The position numbers and the translations under genes are program-made. From positions 8,246,001 through 8,310,000 of the forward strand of contig OX597831.1 in the NCBI GenBank assembly GCA_951406725.2: a DNA stretch of 64,000 nt, in the 5' to 3' direction. This stretch comes from Octopus vulgaris. Taxonomy: Eukaryota. The notes below the pieces were generated by a model. The model had not been told where the DNA came from. It saw nothing but the letters and a program-made list of their open reading frames with translations, and did no database searches. This document shows, piece after piece, positions 1 through 11,919 of this stretch (position 1 is its first letter; every line of letters starts with the position of its first letter).

Positions 1-204
1 TGAAGTCCTCTTGCAGCATCCAACGTTATCCATCAAATTCTCTCTCTCTCTCTCTGTCTCTCTCTCTCTCTCACACACACCAAATCCTGCCATTCTCTTC
101 TGCAGTAATTTCATTCAAGACTCATTCATGCCTCTTCACCATTTATTGAATCAAGATGACCTCCACAAACTGTGAACACAGCCCTACACTTCTGACATTT
201 GATA

Positions 205-611
205 CTCAAAGCCACAGTACAGCAAGGGAGCTAAATATAGAAGAGGAAAACAAAAGGATTAAGTCAATTACATTGACCCCAGTGTGTAACTGGTACTTAT
301 TTAATCGACCCCAAAAGGATGAAAGGCAAAGTCAACCTTGGCAGAATTTGAACTCAGAATGTAACGATGAGTGAAATACCTATTTCTTTATTACCCACAA
401 GGGGCTAAACATAGAAGGGACAAACAAGGACAGACATAGGTATTAAGTCGATTACATCGACTCCAGTGCGTAACTGGTACTTAATTTATCGTCCCCAAAA
501 GGATGAAAGGCAAAGTCGACCTCGGCAGAATTTGAACTCAGAACGTAACGGCAGATGAAATACTGCTAAGCATTTCGCCTAGCATGCTAACAATTCTGCC
601 AGCTCACTGCC
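205..611 (-). mobile_element. tRNA-derived SINE family A, two nested or tandem copies
   Basis: Reverse complement of the element at 28378-28606, including the core gtcgactttgcctttcatcctttcggggtcgataaattaagtaccag. The two copies join at 380/381. Confidence 0.85.
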
Positions 612-730
612 TTGAAACTAGGGATATTGTCCACCCATCTTGCTCGTGGTTTACCCCTCAGTCTCCTATCAGTTGGCTCAGCTTGAAGAATCTGTCTTGC
701 AATCCTTTCTTGTGGCATTCTAGCCATGTC
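612..730 (-). mobile_element. Non-LTR retrotransposon (RTE-like) ORF2 C-terminal fragment
   Basis: Minus-strand translation MARMPQERIARQILQAEPTDRRLRGKPRARWVDNI resembles the post-RT G.R.RGRP..RW.D motif. Confidence 0.65.
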
Positions 731-3559
731 TGTCGTACCAGAGCTGTGAGCTCCTAATTCTGAGATTTTATGGCTGAAAATCAATGCATTGGATCATGTA
801 ATTGTTGATACCATTAAAATGACTGGAATATCTTTGGTCATACATCTGTCTGCTTGATCAGAGCTTGTCTTGGAGTAATCAGCAATTGCTACTTCTGTGG
901 CACTCACTATAGAAATATTCAGTGTAGTCTTGAGTTCAGCATGACCCTATCACTGTTACCATTACGAAGAACAATTGTTTGTTTTTTTAACCATTTGTTC
1001 TTTGATGACCTCTTAAGGCAGTCAACTTAATCCATCCACTGCCCAGTTTTAACATCACCACCAACGCCATCACCACCTCCACTATCAACACCACCACCAT
1101 TAACAATACCACCATCTACAATACCATCACCATCAACACCATCACCAGCCACACCACCATCAGGCAGGGTTCACTCTGTCATGAGTATTTGGGACTTGCC
1201 TCCAGTTTGAAGAATGCCATAGTAAAATTTCCCAGGGATGCCCTCTGTCTGAAGGTTATGTAGTTAAGTGAAGACTAACATTCCCAATGTATGTATTCGA
1301 CTGAAATTATGCTTATAATGTAAAGAAAATCAATCGTTAGTGTTGATGAGAATTTTTGTTAAAAACAAGGGAGACAATCCTGAAATGAAATCGGCTTGTT
1401 TCAGCTTCTCTAGATGTTCTTTTTACAGAGGTGTCTGTGGGAAGTTTTCATCGATATTTTCCATCCTGTATCTTGTATTTGCTTTTAGATGTTTTCTAAG
1501 CCAAGTATCATTCATACAGCAACCAGGTACTTTCTCTGACTCATGTTTTCCATTCAAGCCCTGCAGGTGACCACAACTCACGTAACCCTAGCCCAGCCTA
1601 CTTCAGACAATCTTTTCATTGTACTTGGAGGGTATGTCACGACACCTCATCACCATTCATCTCTCCTTTTTCAATGCTGCACAGCTCTTAATCGAGATCT
1701 CTTGTCTTGCACATCACTTGTTCTGTTGACACAAAAAATGTACCCAGATGTACACCGTGTAAAGTGATCGGCATTAAAAAAGGGACATCCAGTCATAGAA
1801 AGCAGACAATGGCGCTTGACACATTCCTCTTACCTGTCGGATCCTCTCAAACCATCCACCCCATTCTAGCATGGAATAGAAATACTAAACGATGATGATG
1901 ATGATGATGATATTTATTTTTAAACAGTGGTCGACTTTGTTTAGACATCAGCGTCAGGTTGCATGTATTATTTATAACTTACACAGGAAGACGCACTTCT
2001 CTTGCGAGACAAATTATATGCTTAATCAACTTTCTTATTTGCATTCTCTACAATTTAATCAGAGGTTTTTTTTTTTTTTATTCCACTATATTTCTGTTTA
2101 TATTTCATATCATTTATTTATTTTTAACAAATTGTAATCAGTTCACTTCACCTGTGTCTTTTCTGTCTCTCCCCTTCTTTCTCCTCTTCCTCTTCCTTCT
2201 ATTATAATTCTGCAAGAAATGTTTATGTATGTTATTAAGTGAAATGATCTTTATAGTTGAAGTCAGAATAAATCTCCAAGTGTTGCCTGTGTTTTCACAC
2301 CATACAACCCAGCACTCACTCAATAATTCCAGCATTTATAATTATTTTGTTCCAATTTATATAACCTTTAATGTCTTCAATTACAGTATTGTTTCTTCAA
2401 CCAATATGATTCATTTGTTCAATTATCCCAGCGACGCGTAACCTTCTTTTCTGGCTGTGACCCACAATATTTTCCCCCACATCACCCACAACCCACCCAA
2501 TATCAACGAAATAAAACCAAAAATAAACGTTGAAGCACAAATTTAATTCAAATTACAATTAAAGAAGGAAAAAACACAAGCAAAATAGAGAATAATGATA
2601 ATAAAACAATGCCATCTATAGCTGAAGGGTGAACTTATGAAATTAAGTCAAAAAAACAAATTTAATAATTTGATCAAGAAAAAATTGCGATCAATATGCA
2701 AACAATTAAATAACGTTTTACTAAATATGTAAATGTCAGCCAAGATGCACTGAGTGAGGCCCAATTCTGAGTCATGTGGCCCACCTTGTATATCATTGAA
2801 TTGTGGTACAGATTCAAGAGACTCTGTATTAAATAAAAAGCCCTTTTTTTTTTCTCTTCCAATTACTGCTTTTTATTTAATCCAATAACCCCTTTGTCTT
2901 TATTGTTACAGAAGGATATTAAAACAAATCTCTCTCTCTCTCTTTTCTTGCTCTGTCTCTTTCTTGCTCTCTCTTTCTCTTTCTTGCTCTCTCTCTCTCT
3001 CACTCTCTCTCCATGTCTACAGTCATTAGCAGTCATGGCCTTTTGTGCCAAAATCTGAAGATTCATGATCTTTCTTGGCCAACATACAGAAGTTGTGCTT
3101 TCTTGCTGTCTTCTGCTGTTTTTGTTAGAGCTTCTGCTCTCCCAAGTTTACCCTTCATATTCAGGGTTTCTTTAACTCCTAAATAGGGAGACTGGCTCAT
3201 GTAACATCAAGTCATGTCCACACATTGACAGGTCCATGTGACACGTATCTAGGGCTCAACACTTCTCCAAGTTCTGTAGTCTTAGCCAGAGGACTGTCCT
3301 CTCCTGTTTGACCCTTAACCGGGGCCCTTAACTGGTACAACTACAAGAGTGGGCCTTGGAGTAGCCGTGACTGAGAGATAACTCTGTATTCCCCCAAATT
3401 GCTGCACTCCCAAGCTGGAGCTTCATCAATAGATGTTTAATGTCTTGTTTAGGACAAATATAACAACAAAATAAACATTTTTACTTGAGTATAATCACTG
3501 TTTTGGGAAATATTCAGCTTCTTTGTAACTTTTCTTTTATGTTTCATCTTTTTTTTTCA

Positions 3560-3725
3560 TTTCATTTGTTGGAGTGAGGCCATACTGGGGCACCACATTG
3601 AAAGATTTGGGTTGAACACATTGACTCCAATACTTATTTTAACAAACTCTTTTGCCAAACTGCTAAATTACAGGAATGTCAACTAACCAATATCAGTTGT
3701 CAAGCATTATACGTGTACCCCCATC

Positions 3726-3757
<32 letters not shown>

Positions 3758-3905
3758 GACAAGCTTCCTCATAGTTTCCATCTATCCAATTCTCTCATAT
3801 AGCATTGTGAGGCTATAGTAGAAGGCATTTGCTCAAAGTGCTGCACTGAGGGACTGAACCTGAAACCACATGGTTACAAAATGAGCTTCTGAACCACTAA
3901 ACCAG
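3560..3905 (-). mobile_element. SINE family B (CORE-like), diverged copy
   Basis: Similar to 28642-29053 (ggctatagtagaag.cact/ttg...gggactgaacc). Confidence 0.7.
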
Positions 3906-5375
3906 GCTTAATTTTTAATGAAATTCTATAAAGAGACATCTTCAAAGATGCAGATTTATAATCAAATTGATAAAATGTTTTTTTTTATAACTTGTTTTGA
4001 TTTATTTTTCTTTTATTGTAAAAACATTTTTGTTAAGCGATCTTCCAAATACCAACTTGATAATGGAAACAGATATTTTGCATAATTCTTCCAAATTCGT
4101 GATTTATTTCAAAATCAACCGAAATACAAAATGTAACGGAAATAAAAATTGCCTTATCTACTCCACGAAACAGTTGAAGTACATTTTGTCTGTTTTCTGA
4201 TTTATGAGGAGGCAGTGTAGATGTTAGTTGAAAACTGTGTGAAAGATCAGAGCATAATTTGGTAAAACAGTGTTCAGTGAGGAAATAACAGTTGGTTAGA
4301 TCTCAGGAGACAGACTGTTCTCTGTGCTCTCAGCAGGAATTTAACTTTAAACTCTCTGGTTTAGAACTCTAAGCAATCAACTGCATCGGTCTATCATAAT
4401 TGAAAAGTTAAATGGTGTTTGCATTTCAGTGCAGTTTCTCTTGAAGTTGATAATATATTACCTTTCATCTCAATATTAGTTTAGAAAATTTGTTGATGAA
4501 GAAGAGGGCTTAAAAAAAATTACATTTGTACTGAAAATGTCATTCTTATTTTACTTTTTTCCTCTTCTTTTTTTTTTTAAAGCATTTCTCTCTAAGTGGA
4601 TATTTTTCATAAATTTATGCATCAATATATTTGTTGTTGTTTAACCCTAAAATAGTCATGATCATAGTCACATCTATGATCAAAAGCCATTCCAGCTATG
4701 ATCATCCTGTCCCGTTTTATATTTTGTTTTGCTTTTAGATATAGCGCATGTATGACTACATTATCTACTATGTTGCTTTTAGGCGGTGGAGTATGATTCG
4801 AGGAAGATTTGACTGCTCTTTCTTGCAGCTCACAAAGCAACCCTCCCTCCACCCCACCTTCACCCCCATCACCACCACCTTAGAGGAAATCATCTTGTTT
4901 TTACAGCTGAATGCTCTTCATTTTGCCAATCATCCAAGTGTATCATAGAGACTGAGACAAACAGAGTCATGTGCTTTGATCAGGAGCACACAACACTGAC
5001 TGGACAAGCAAAGTGTGATGTTTATGGTGATGCCATCAGCAGTGCAGCTTCTTAACCTTTCAGCCGTTGTGTCTTGTTTGTCAAACAGAAATGAGAAGAA
5101 ACAAACTTTTAAATAAATATTAACGTCTTTCCTCGGGCAGATGGCCAACTTTTGTTGGGAAAAGAGTTGATTGAATTCAGAAAAGTATATTAGTGCACGC
5201 ACGACCGTGTGGTTAAGAAGCTTGCTTTGTAACTACATGGTTCTGGGTTCAGTCCCACTGGGGGATACCTAGAGCAAAGTGTCTTTTACTATAGCCCCAG
5301 ACTGACCAATGCCTTTAGTGAATTTGGTTGATGTAAAACCTCAAGGAAATTTACCATATATATATATATGTATGT

Positions 5376-5413
<38 letters not shown>

Positions 5414-5558
5414 ATATATATATGTATGTATATATATGTGTGTGTGTATATATGTATGTATGCATATATATATATGTGTGTGTGTGTATGTGTGTGTGTG
5501 TCTGTGTGTGTGTATGTGTATATATATATATATATATATATGTATATACGCACACACG

Positions 5559-5781
5559 CAGGGTGGTGCAAAAGTTTGGACCCATAGGCAATTTATTATA
5601 TAACAATTTGTGGTTTACAAGTTCTACTCTTTCTAATATTGTTAGCTTTTCTGCCATGGCTACTAATCTGAAAGACAGAAAAATAAAATTAGATATGATA
5701 ATTAAATCATCAAAATCATGTTAAAGATGAGAAATACTTTTCTGTAATTTCTCTATGGGTCCAGACTTTTGCACCACCCTA
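5559..5781. mobile_element. Tc1/mariner-type MITE, about 222 bp
   Basis: 28-bp terminal inverted repeats with one mismatch: agggtggtgcaaaagtttggacccatag (5560-5587) and ctatgggtccagacttttgcaccaccct (5753-5780). Sits in a (TA/CA)n tract. Confidence 0.85.
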
Positions 5782-5794
5782 TATGTATATATGT

Positions 5795-5996
5795 GTGACC
5801 GCGTGTGTACCGTTGGCGATTTTTTTCCTCCGTCTTCTCTTCTCTAGATCTTTCCTTTTCCTATATTTCTGACGAAGAGCTCCGTTCGAAACGTAAAACC
5901 CTCTTTCTTCCCTTCCTTCCTGAGCGTCCAATAATACTATATTTGTTCCATGTCCTCGTGTTGTTGTGTTTTCTCTTTGTGTTTTCATGTTTGGAT

Positions 5997-6000
<4 letters not shown>
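5795..6000 (+). mobile_element. Penelope-like pseudo-LTR fragment with minimal hammerhead motif (5866-5898)
   Basis: tttCTGACGAa-gagc-tcc-gttc-GAAAcgTAaaa, flanked by (TA)n on both sides. Confidence 0.65.
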
Positions 6001-6036
<36 letters not shown>

Positions 6037-6171
6037 TAAGGGCATCCAGCTGTAGAAACACTGCCAGATCAGACTGGAGCCTGGTGCAGCCTTCTGGCTT
6101 CCCAGACCCCGGTCGAACCGTCCAACTCGTGCTAGCACAGAAAACGGATGCTAAACGATTATGATGATGAT
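6037..6171 (+). mobile_element. RTE LINE 3' end (5'-truncated) with (GAT)n tail
   Basis: aagggcatccagctgtagaaac...ggatgctaaacgat(gat)n, matching the copies at 11.1, 17.1 and 43.5 kb. Confidence 0.8.
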
Positions 6172-6936
6172 GTATGTATGTATGTATGTATGTGTGTACT
6201 CAGCTGAATATCTTGCACTTTGCTTGTCTTTGGGTTTCTTGGTACTGCTATCAACTTAGGACATGTGCACAGGCATTGCTGATACATCTGTTAGCGGTGG
6301 GAACGCTTGTCTATGGAATAGATAGCCATCATGTATGTGTTGTGTTCGTTTATGTCCCCCATAACTTAGGTGTTTGGCAAAAGAGATCAATAAAATAAGT
6401 ACCAGACTTTGAAAAAATATGTACCGGGGTTGATTTGTTAAAAAAAAAACCCTTCAAAGTGGTGCCCCATCATGGCTGCAGTCCAATGACTGAAACAAGT
6501 AAAAGGTAAAAAAAAGGCACCAGTACCTTATCAATATCTCCACTCCCCAACACTGAACCCCAGAAGAAGAAATAGTAAAATTGATTCCAGTGAGTCTTGA
6601 ACTTAAATCCTTGAAGGGCAAAAGTACTTTAATATATTTCGATCAGCAGTGTACTCCACTAGAAAGGATCTTTCTATCTTAAATCAATTTATTGATTTCT
6701 AAACAATGAGCTGCTGGATGAGCCAGAATATAACGAAAATATGGAACTATGAAGCTCCGACAACAATTACATTGCAACAGCTCTTAGACTCTCAGAACTG
6801 CGAGATTTCCTTTTTTAAGTCTCTTTTTTTTTTTTTTTTCCATTTCTTCCCTTTTTTTTTTTTATTCTTTGTTACTTAAAACTTCCATATTTTTGATTTG
6901 TCATCCTAACAAATGTCTTTTTCCTGATATTTTCAG

Positions 6937-6970
6937 TGCCAAAGCCAGAACAAAGATCGGCAACATCCTT
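6937..6970 (+). CDS. RFX7: RFX7-like gene, 34-nt internal coding exon (x-AKARTKIGNIL)
   Basis: Flanked by ttttcag acceptor and gtaagt donor (6971). Splicing in phase 0 to 37279 gives AKARTKIGNIL|QDVNQLSDVEKLLLYLKLP, the RFX5/RFX7 N-terminal helical region. The upstream exon(s) and start codon were not found in the window. Confidence 0.85.
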
Positions 6971-8164
6971 GTAAGTATGAATGTTTCTCTCCTCCTCTTA
7001 CAGAAATATGCACTGGAATCACAATACTGTCAGTTAACCCCTCTGTACATGTCCATCTGTTCTTTATTTTGGGCAGTATTGATATTTTAGTGAAAAGAAA
7101 AGGACTTTTCAGAATGTTCAGGAGACGTTTGGCATAGTCATTTTGGTGCCACTCTCTCTTCCTCTCACCCCCCTCTCTCTTTCCATCTCTATGCATATAT
7201 TTCTGCATGCATGTGTGTGTGTGTGCCTCTAACACCAAAACATACTGTCTCTAAAGCAGGTTGAGCATTCAGTCAGCTGCGCCAACAGATTACCAGCATC
7301 CAAACAGCTGCACCAAATCATCTCATTTTGTTTCAGCGCTTCGAGGACTGGTAGGAGTAAATTGTCCCAAGGCCTGCGACTGTCCTTGAATGCTTACAAC
7401 AGAGTGGATTCTGCTAAGAGCAACCACCAAAGTTTGGATGAAAAAAAAACAAACTTAACCAACAATCGATTCCAACATGACCATCTCCCTGGCCTTTGAT
7501 TGCTTCTAACAGAATTTCCCTGTTAAAAGCATTCAAGCCCAGTCAGTGGTCTGTGGATAAATTTTCCATCACCATTTTCGGAGGCTCTGGAAAAGGATCA
7601 CAGGCCCAGCTGTTCTTTTTTCTTTTGACTTAGCTACTGTGTAACCCACTTAACAACCAACAGTTGGCTGGTTTGTATTATGTCATCAGCATTGTGTCAT
7701 GTCCACAGTTAAACACTTAAACCACAAATGGCCTCATCCACCTCGTTGATAAAGATACTACATGGTAGAAAAGAATTACTGTGCCATGTGACAGCATTGT
7801 AAAATTGGGTCATAATATAGACGAAAGGCAACAAATTTTGGAAAAGGTACAAAGTCAATTTACTCAGCAGTATTTCCTTTATTAGCCCCGTAAGGATGAA
7901 AGGCAAAATCAGATCTGGTAGGATTTGAACTCATAACATAAAGAAGCATAACTAAATAGAGCATTGCATTTTGTCTGTCACTGTACTGATTCTGCCAGTC
8001 CACCAGCTGAAGGTTTGGCAGCTCTTTCTAGCAGATTGAGTGACTGTGTGGCAGAACCTTGTAAGTAGGTGTTGCATGTTTGTATAATTTACTACTCCAA
8101 GAAGTGCAGAGTTCAATTCCTATTATTGGGAAAGCTGCCTGTTACAGATCAACGTCCTGTGTGT

Positions 8165-8205
<41 letters not shown>

Positions 8206-9360
8206 CATCCAAATCCTGTCCAAACATAAAAACAATGAGAGTGTTGTGGTGTTTCCTTCCATGTTACGTGATACAAAAAGCAGCAGCAGCAATAACAACC
8301 TAACACTTGACGCGATGTTGTTAACAGCAGACATCAATGGTGTTAACGCTTGATAGGAACACTTGTCACTTGTCACTTGATATGAGGAGTGTTTGCAGGA
8401 GACAACAGCAATCTGAACAGTATGTAATTTATATGGAACACCATACACCACCACGTCAATGAAACATTTCAGTGTATGGAAGCATGTTTATAGTTTATAA
8501 CATATAAATACAGTTTAAGCATTTGTAATCTTTCTAAGTATGTTAAATCTTAACAACAGATAGGAACAGCTAGTTTTAACATGGATGACACAAGATCTCA
8601 TCATCAGCATCAGCATCAGCAACATCCACTTTGAATGTTTGCAGAAGTCAGACAGAAATTGTTGAGGCAGATATTCTATGGCCAGGTGCTCTTCCTGTCA
8701 CTAACTCTCACCTGTTGACAACCATCACATGACATTAAGACAACGGTATATACACACTCACACACAAAAGGGAATAAAATAAGTTGTAAATGCATTGTGT
8801 ATATAAAAAGATTTATTTATATTAATATACATAACCGGTTTCATATTTGTATTACTTTCAAAATTATAAGATTTGAGTGACATAGAGCTGTATCATTTCT
8901 AGCCATTGTTTAAAAAGTTGTTCATTTCTGTAGAGTGTAAATGTGGTTTAGATCTGTCAGTTGACATACAGATTGATTGGTTAAGGATAGTCGTGTGGTG
9001 CTGTAAGGGGATTTATTTGGTCAGTTCTCTGCTACATCCATGTATTATAGTTGTGCAATAGCCATGTTAAAGGTTTAGTCAAGTAGATTTTAGTCTGGTA
9101 ATTGTATCAAGTAGATGTTTGAGCAGCTGTTATCTTAATTAGGTGTGGTGTAGTAGGTTTTTTTTAAGTGATGTATACATCACTTTGGTGAATAATGAGT
9201 CATTCTTACAATTTTGCAAATGTGACCAATTCTTATAATAAAACAGTTGAAGAAGAAATGTTACTTTTAAACTATTTAACATGTGTATATAACTTCAGTT
9301 AAAAATTACTGAGAAACCACAAGTGAATAAAAAATAATTTTGTTCCTAAGTTTTCACATT

Positions 9361-9561
9361 GGATACAGTGAAAATTACATGGGACAAACCAGGCTCACCT
9401 TGAGAATGAGATTAATAATTCATCAACAACAAATACAAGATACCAAGACTAGACAAATCTCATCCAGTTAACATTGGAGCATATGTGCTACAATCAAATC
9501 CCCCAAATTCTTAGTCTTCTCACTTTATCAATGTGCAGACAGTACCACAGACCAAACATAA
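9361..9561 (+). mobile_element. Decayed GIY-YIG endonuclease fragment (Penelope-like element)
   Basis: Frame from 9361 reads GYSENYMGQTRLTLRMRLIIHQQQIQDTKTRQISSS*HWSICA..., fitting the Y(I/M)GQT....R...H pattern, with an in-frame stop. Confidence 0.6.
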
Positions 9562-9944
9562 TTAAGAAAGAATTTGACTAAATCCTTTAAGGTGATGTCC
9601 CAGCATGGCCATGGCCCAGTGACTGAAACAAGTAGAATAGATTAAAAAAATAAAGACTATTTGCCATTTTTGTGTGGTTTGGTGGGGGTGTGTGAAGGAA
9701 TCTGTCTGATACTGTTATGAAGTGTACTCCAGTCTGTTGATTAAACATGTTATGAGATCCTGAAATGCTGTCAACATTTGTAATACTTGTAATATTTGGG
9801 AATAATCAATACATTTTTCTAGCATTACTTAGACACTTATCCGTTAACATTTCTATGAATTTTTAAAAAAAATTTGATTTGCCGTTTGTTAATTATTGTT
9901 ATTAGATATTGCTGTCGTTGATGCCGTTGTTGTCACCACTGGCA

Positions 9945-10211
9945 TTACCATCATCATCATCATCTGTATTATTATTATTATCATTATTATTATTATTATC
10001 ATCATCATTATTATTATTATTATCATCATCATCATTATTATTATTATCATTATTATTATTATTATCATCATCATCAATATTATTATTATTATTATTATCA
10101 TTATTATCATCATTATTATTATCATTATTGTTATTGTTATCATTATTATCATTATTATTATCATCATTATTATCATTATTATCATTACTATTATCATTAT
10201 TATTATTATCA

Positions 10212-10266
<55 letters not shown>

Positions 10267-10333
10267 CATCATTATCATTATTATCATTATTATCATCATC
10301 ATCATCATCATTATTATTATTATTATTATTATT
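9945..10333. repeat. Long compound (ATT/ATC)n microsatellite, about 390 bp
   Basis: Directly visible. Source of the spurious poly-I/L/M ORFs in the track. Confidence 0.98.
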
Positions 10334-10781
10334 GCAGAATTGTTAGCAAGTCAGACAAAATTCCTAGTGGCGTTTTGTCTGGCTGTACATTCTGAGTTTG
10401 AATTCCACTGAGATCAACTTTGCCTTGCATTCTTTTGGGATTGATAAAATAAGTACCAGTTGATCACTTGGCTCACTCCCAAAGAGTTTCAGGCCTTTTG
10501 CCTGTATAATAGAAAGGATTGTTGTCATTATAATAACAGGCCCACATTGATCATGTCAGTGGAATGATGTCTTGTAATCCATTAGTCTACATCTCCTCAA
10601 CTCACAAGAACTATGCCAAAGATCTAAAATAGCAGCTATCAGTTTTCTGCTAATTGAGATTTCAAATTGAGCAGTTGAAGTGATCTCTCAATCCCCTAAA
10701 CTGCTTGTTTTCAGTTTCTTTCCTTTTATTTCTATTACCACAAATATATTTCTCAAGATATATTTCTCTAGATCTCCCATG

Positions 10782-11281
10782 TCGGTGGCACTTAAAAAGC
10801 ACTATCCAATCATGATCGATGCCAGGACTGCCTGACTAGCCTGTAAAAAGCACCATTCAAACATGGCTGATACCAGTACCCCACATCTAGCTCCCGTGCT
10901 GGTGGCATGTAAAAAGCACTATCCAAACGTGATTGATGCTAGGCTAGCCTGACTGGCTCCTGTACTGGTGGCACATAAAAAGCACCATCCGAACGTGGCC
11001 GATACCAGTACCCTATGACTAGCTCCCATGCCAATGTCACATAAAAAGTACTATCTGAACGTGATCAATGCTAGTTCCGCCTGACTGACTCCTGTGCCAG
11101 TGGCACATAAAAAGCACTCACTACACACTCAGAGTGGTTGGTGTTAGGAAGGGCATCCAACTGTAGAAACATTGCCAGATCAGATTGGAGCCTGGTGCAG
11201 CCACTGGCTCTCCAGACCTCAGTCAAACCGTCCAACCCATGCCAGCATGGAAAACAGACGTTAAACAATGATGATGATGAT
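10782..11281 (+). mobile_element. RTE LINE 3' UTR with internal 66-bp tandem array and (GAT)n tail
   Basis: aaaaag(c/t)ac anchors at about 10794, 10845, 10911, 10977, 11043 and 11109, followed by the common 3' end. Confidence 0.8.
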
Positions 11282-11919
11282 TTCTGACAAAGTCCACATA
11301 CTTTTACCATTTCTTCACTCCTGTCAGTGTATAGCAAAACTTCTGGTGCTACAAATATAGTTTTTTTCTGCTCTGTCATCACCACATCTAGCCTCTATGT
11401 CTTTATTACATGGTCAGTTTGTAATACCAAAATCCAAAGACCTTTACAATATTCACGATGTCCGAGAGCTTCTGGCTGATCGTGGTGCCATTCTTTTCCC
11501 ACATTGGTAAACTTTCCAAATAACAACCACTTCAACAATTTGAAATGGTGTTTATTGTGAATATTTCGTAGTCAGGTTGTATTTCTTTAATGCATTTATC
11601 ACATAAATAAAAGCAGTAAATAAGAACGAGATATACATTTATAATAAATACCATTTTATTAGCTGTTAAATGCACAGTAAGCAATTTAGGGGGGAAAAAA
11701 CATTTTAAAAAAAATTTAACTGGAAAGAAAAAGTATTTTCAAAATGTAAAAAAAAAAAAAATATTCCAGCACTAAACCATGTTTGTCGTATGGTTGTTGG
11801 CTGTTGCACAGTAAGTAAATTCAACAAAACAAACGTTTTCAAGTTAAAAGAATATTTTTGAATAAAAGGAAAATATTTTTGCATTAAAAAAAATCAAGAA
11901 TTCACACAGCAATTTGAAA

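Larger units (their letters stand above)
5203..6510 (+). mobile_element. SINE family B copy split by nested insertions in its internal (TA/TG)n tract
   Basis: 5' half at 5203-5345 (gtgtggttaagaagcttgc...ggttcagtcccact) and 3' half at about 6330-6510 (gtccccataacttag...gactgaaacaagtaaaagg). A MITE, a Penelope-type pLTR and an RTE tail lie between them. Confidence 0.65.

Noticed and set aside
1-6936. Search for the RFX7 first coding exon or promoter
   Set aside because: I found no exon ending in phase 2 with suitable coding content and no promoter-like island. It is probably upstream of the window.
10782-11120. Regularly spaced repeats resembling a CRISPR array (also 36979-37201)
   Set aside because: The units are contiguous degenerate tandem repeats without unique spacers, in a eukaryotic intron with no cas genes.
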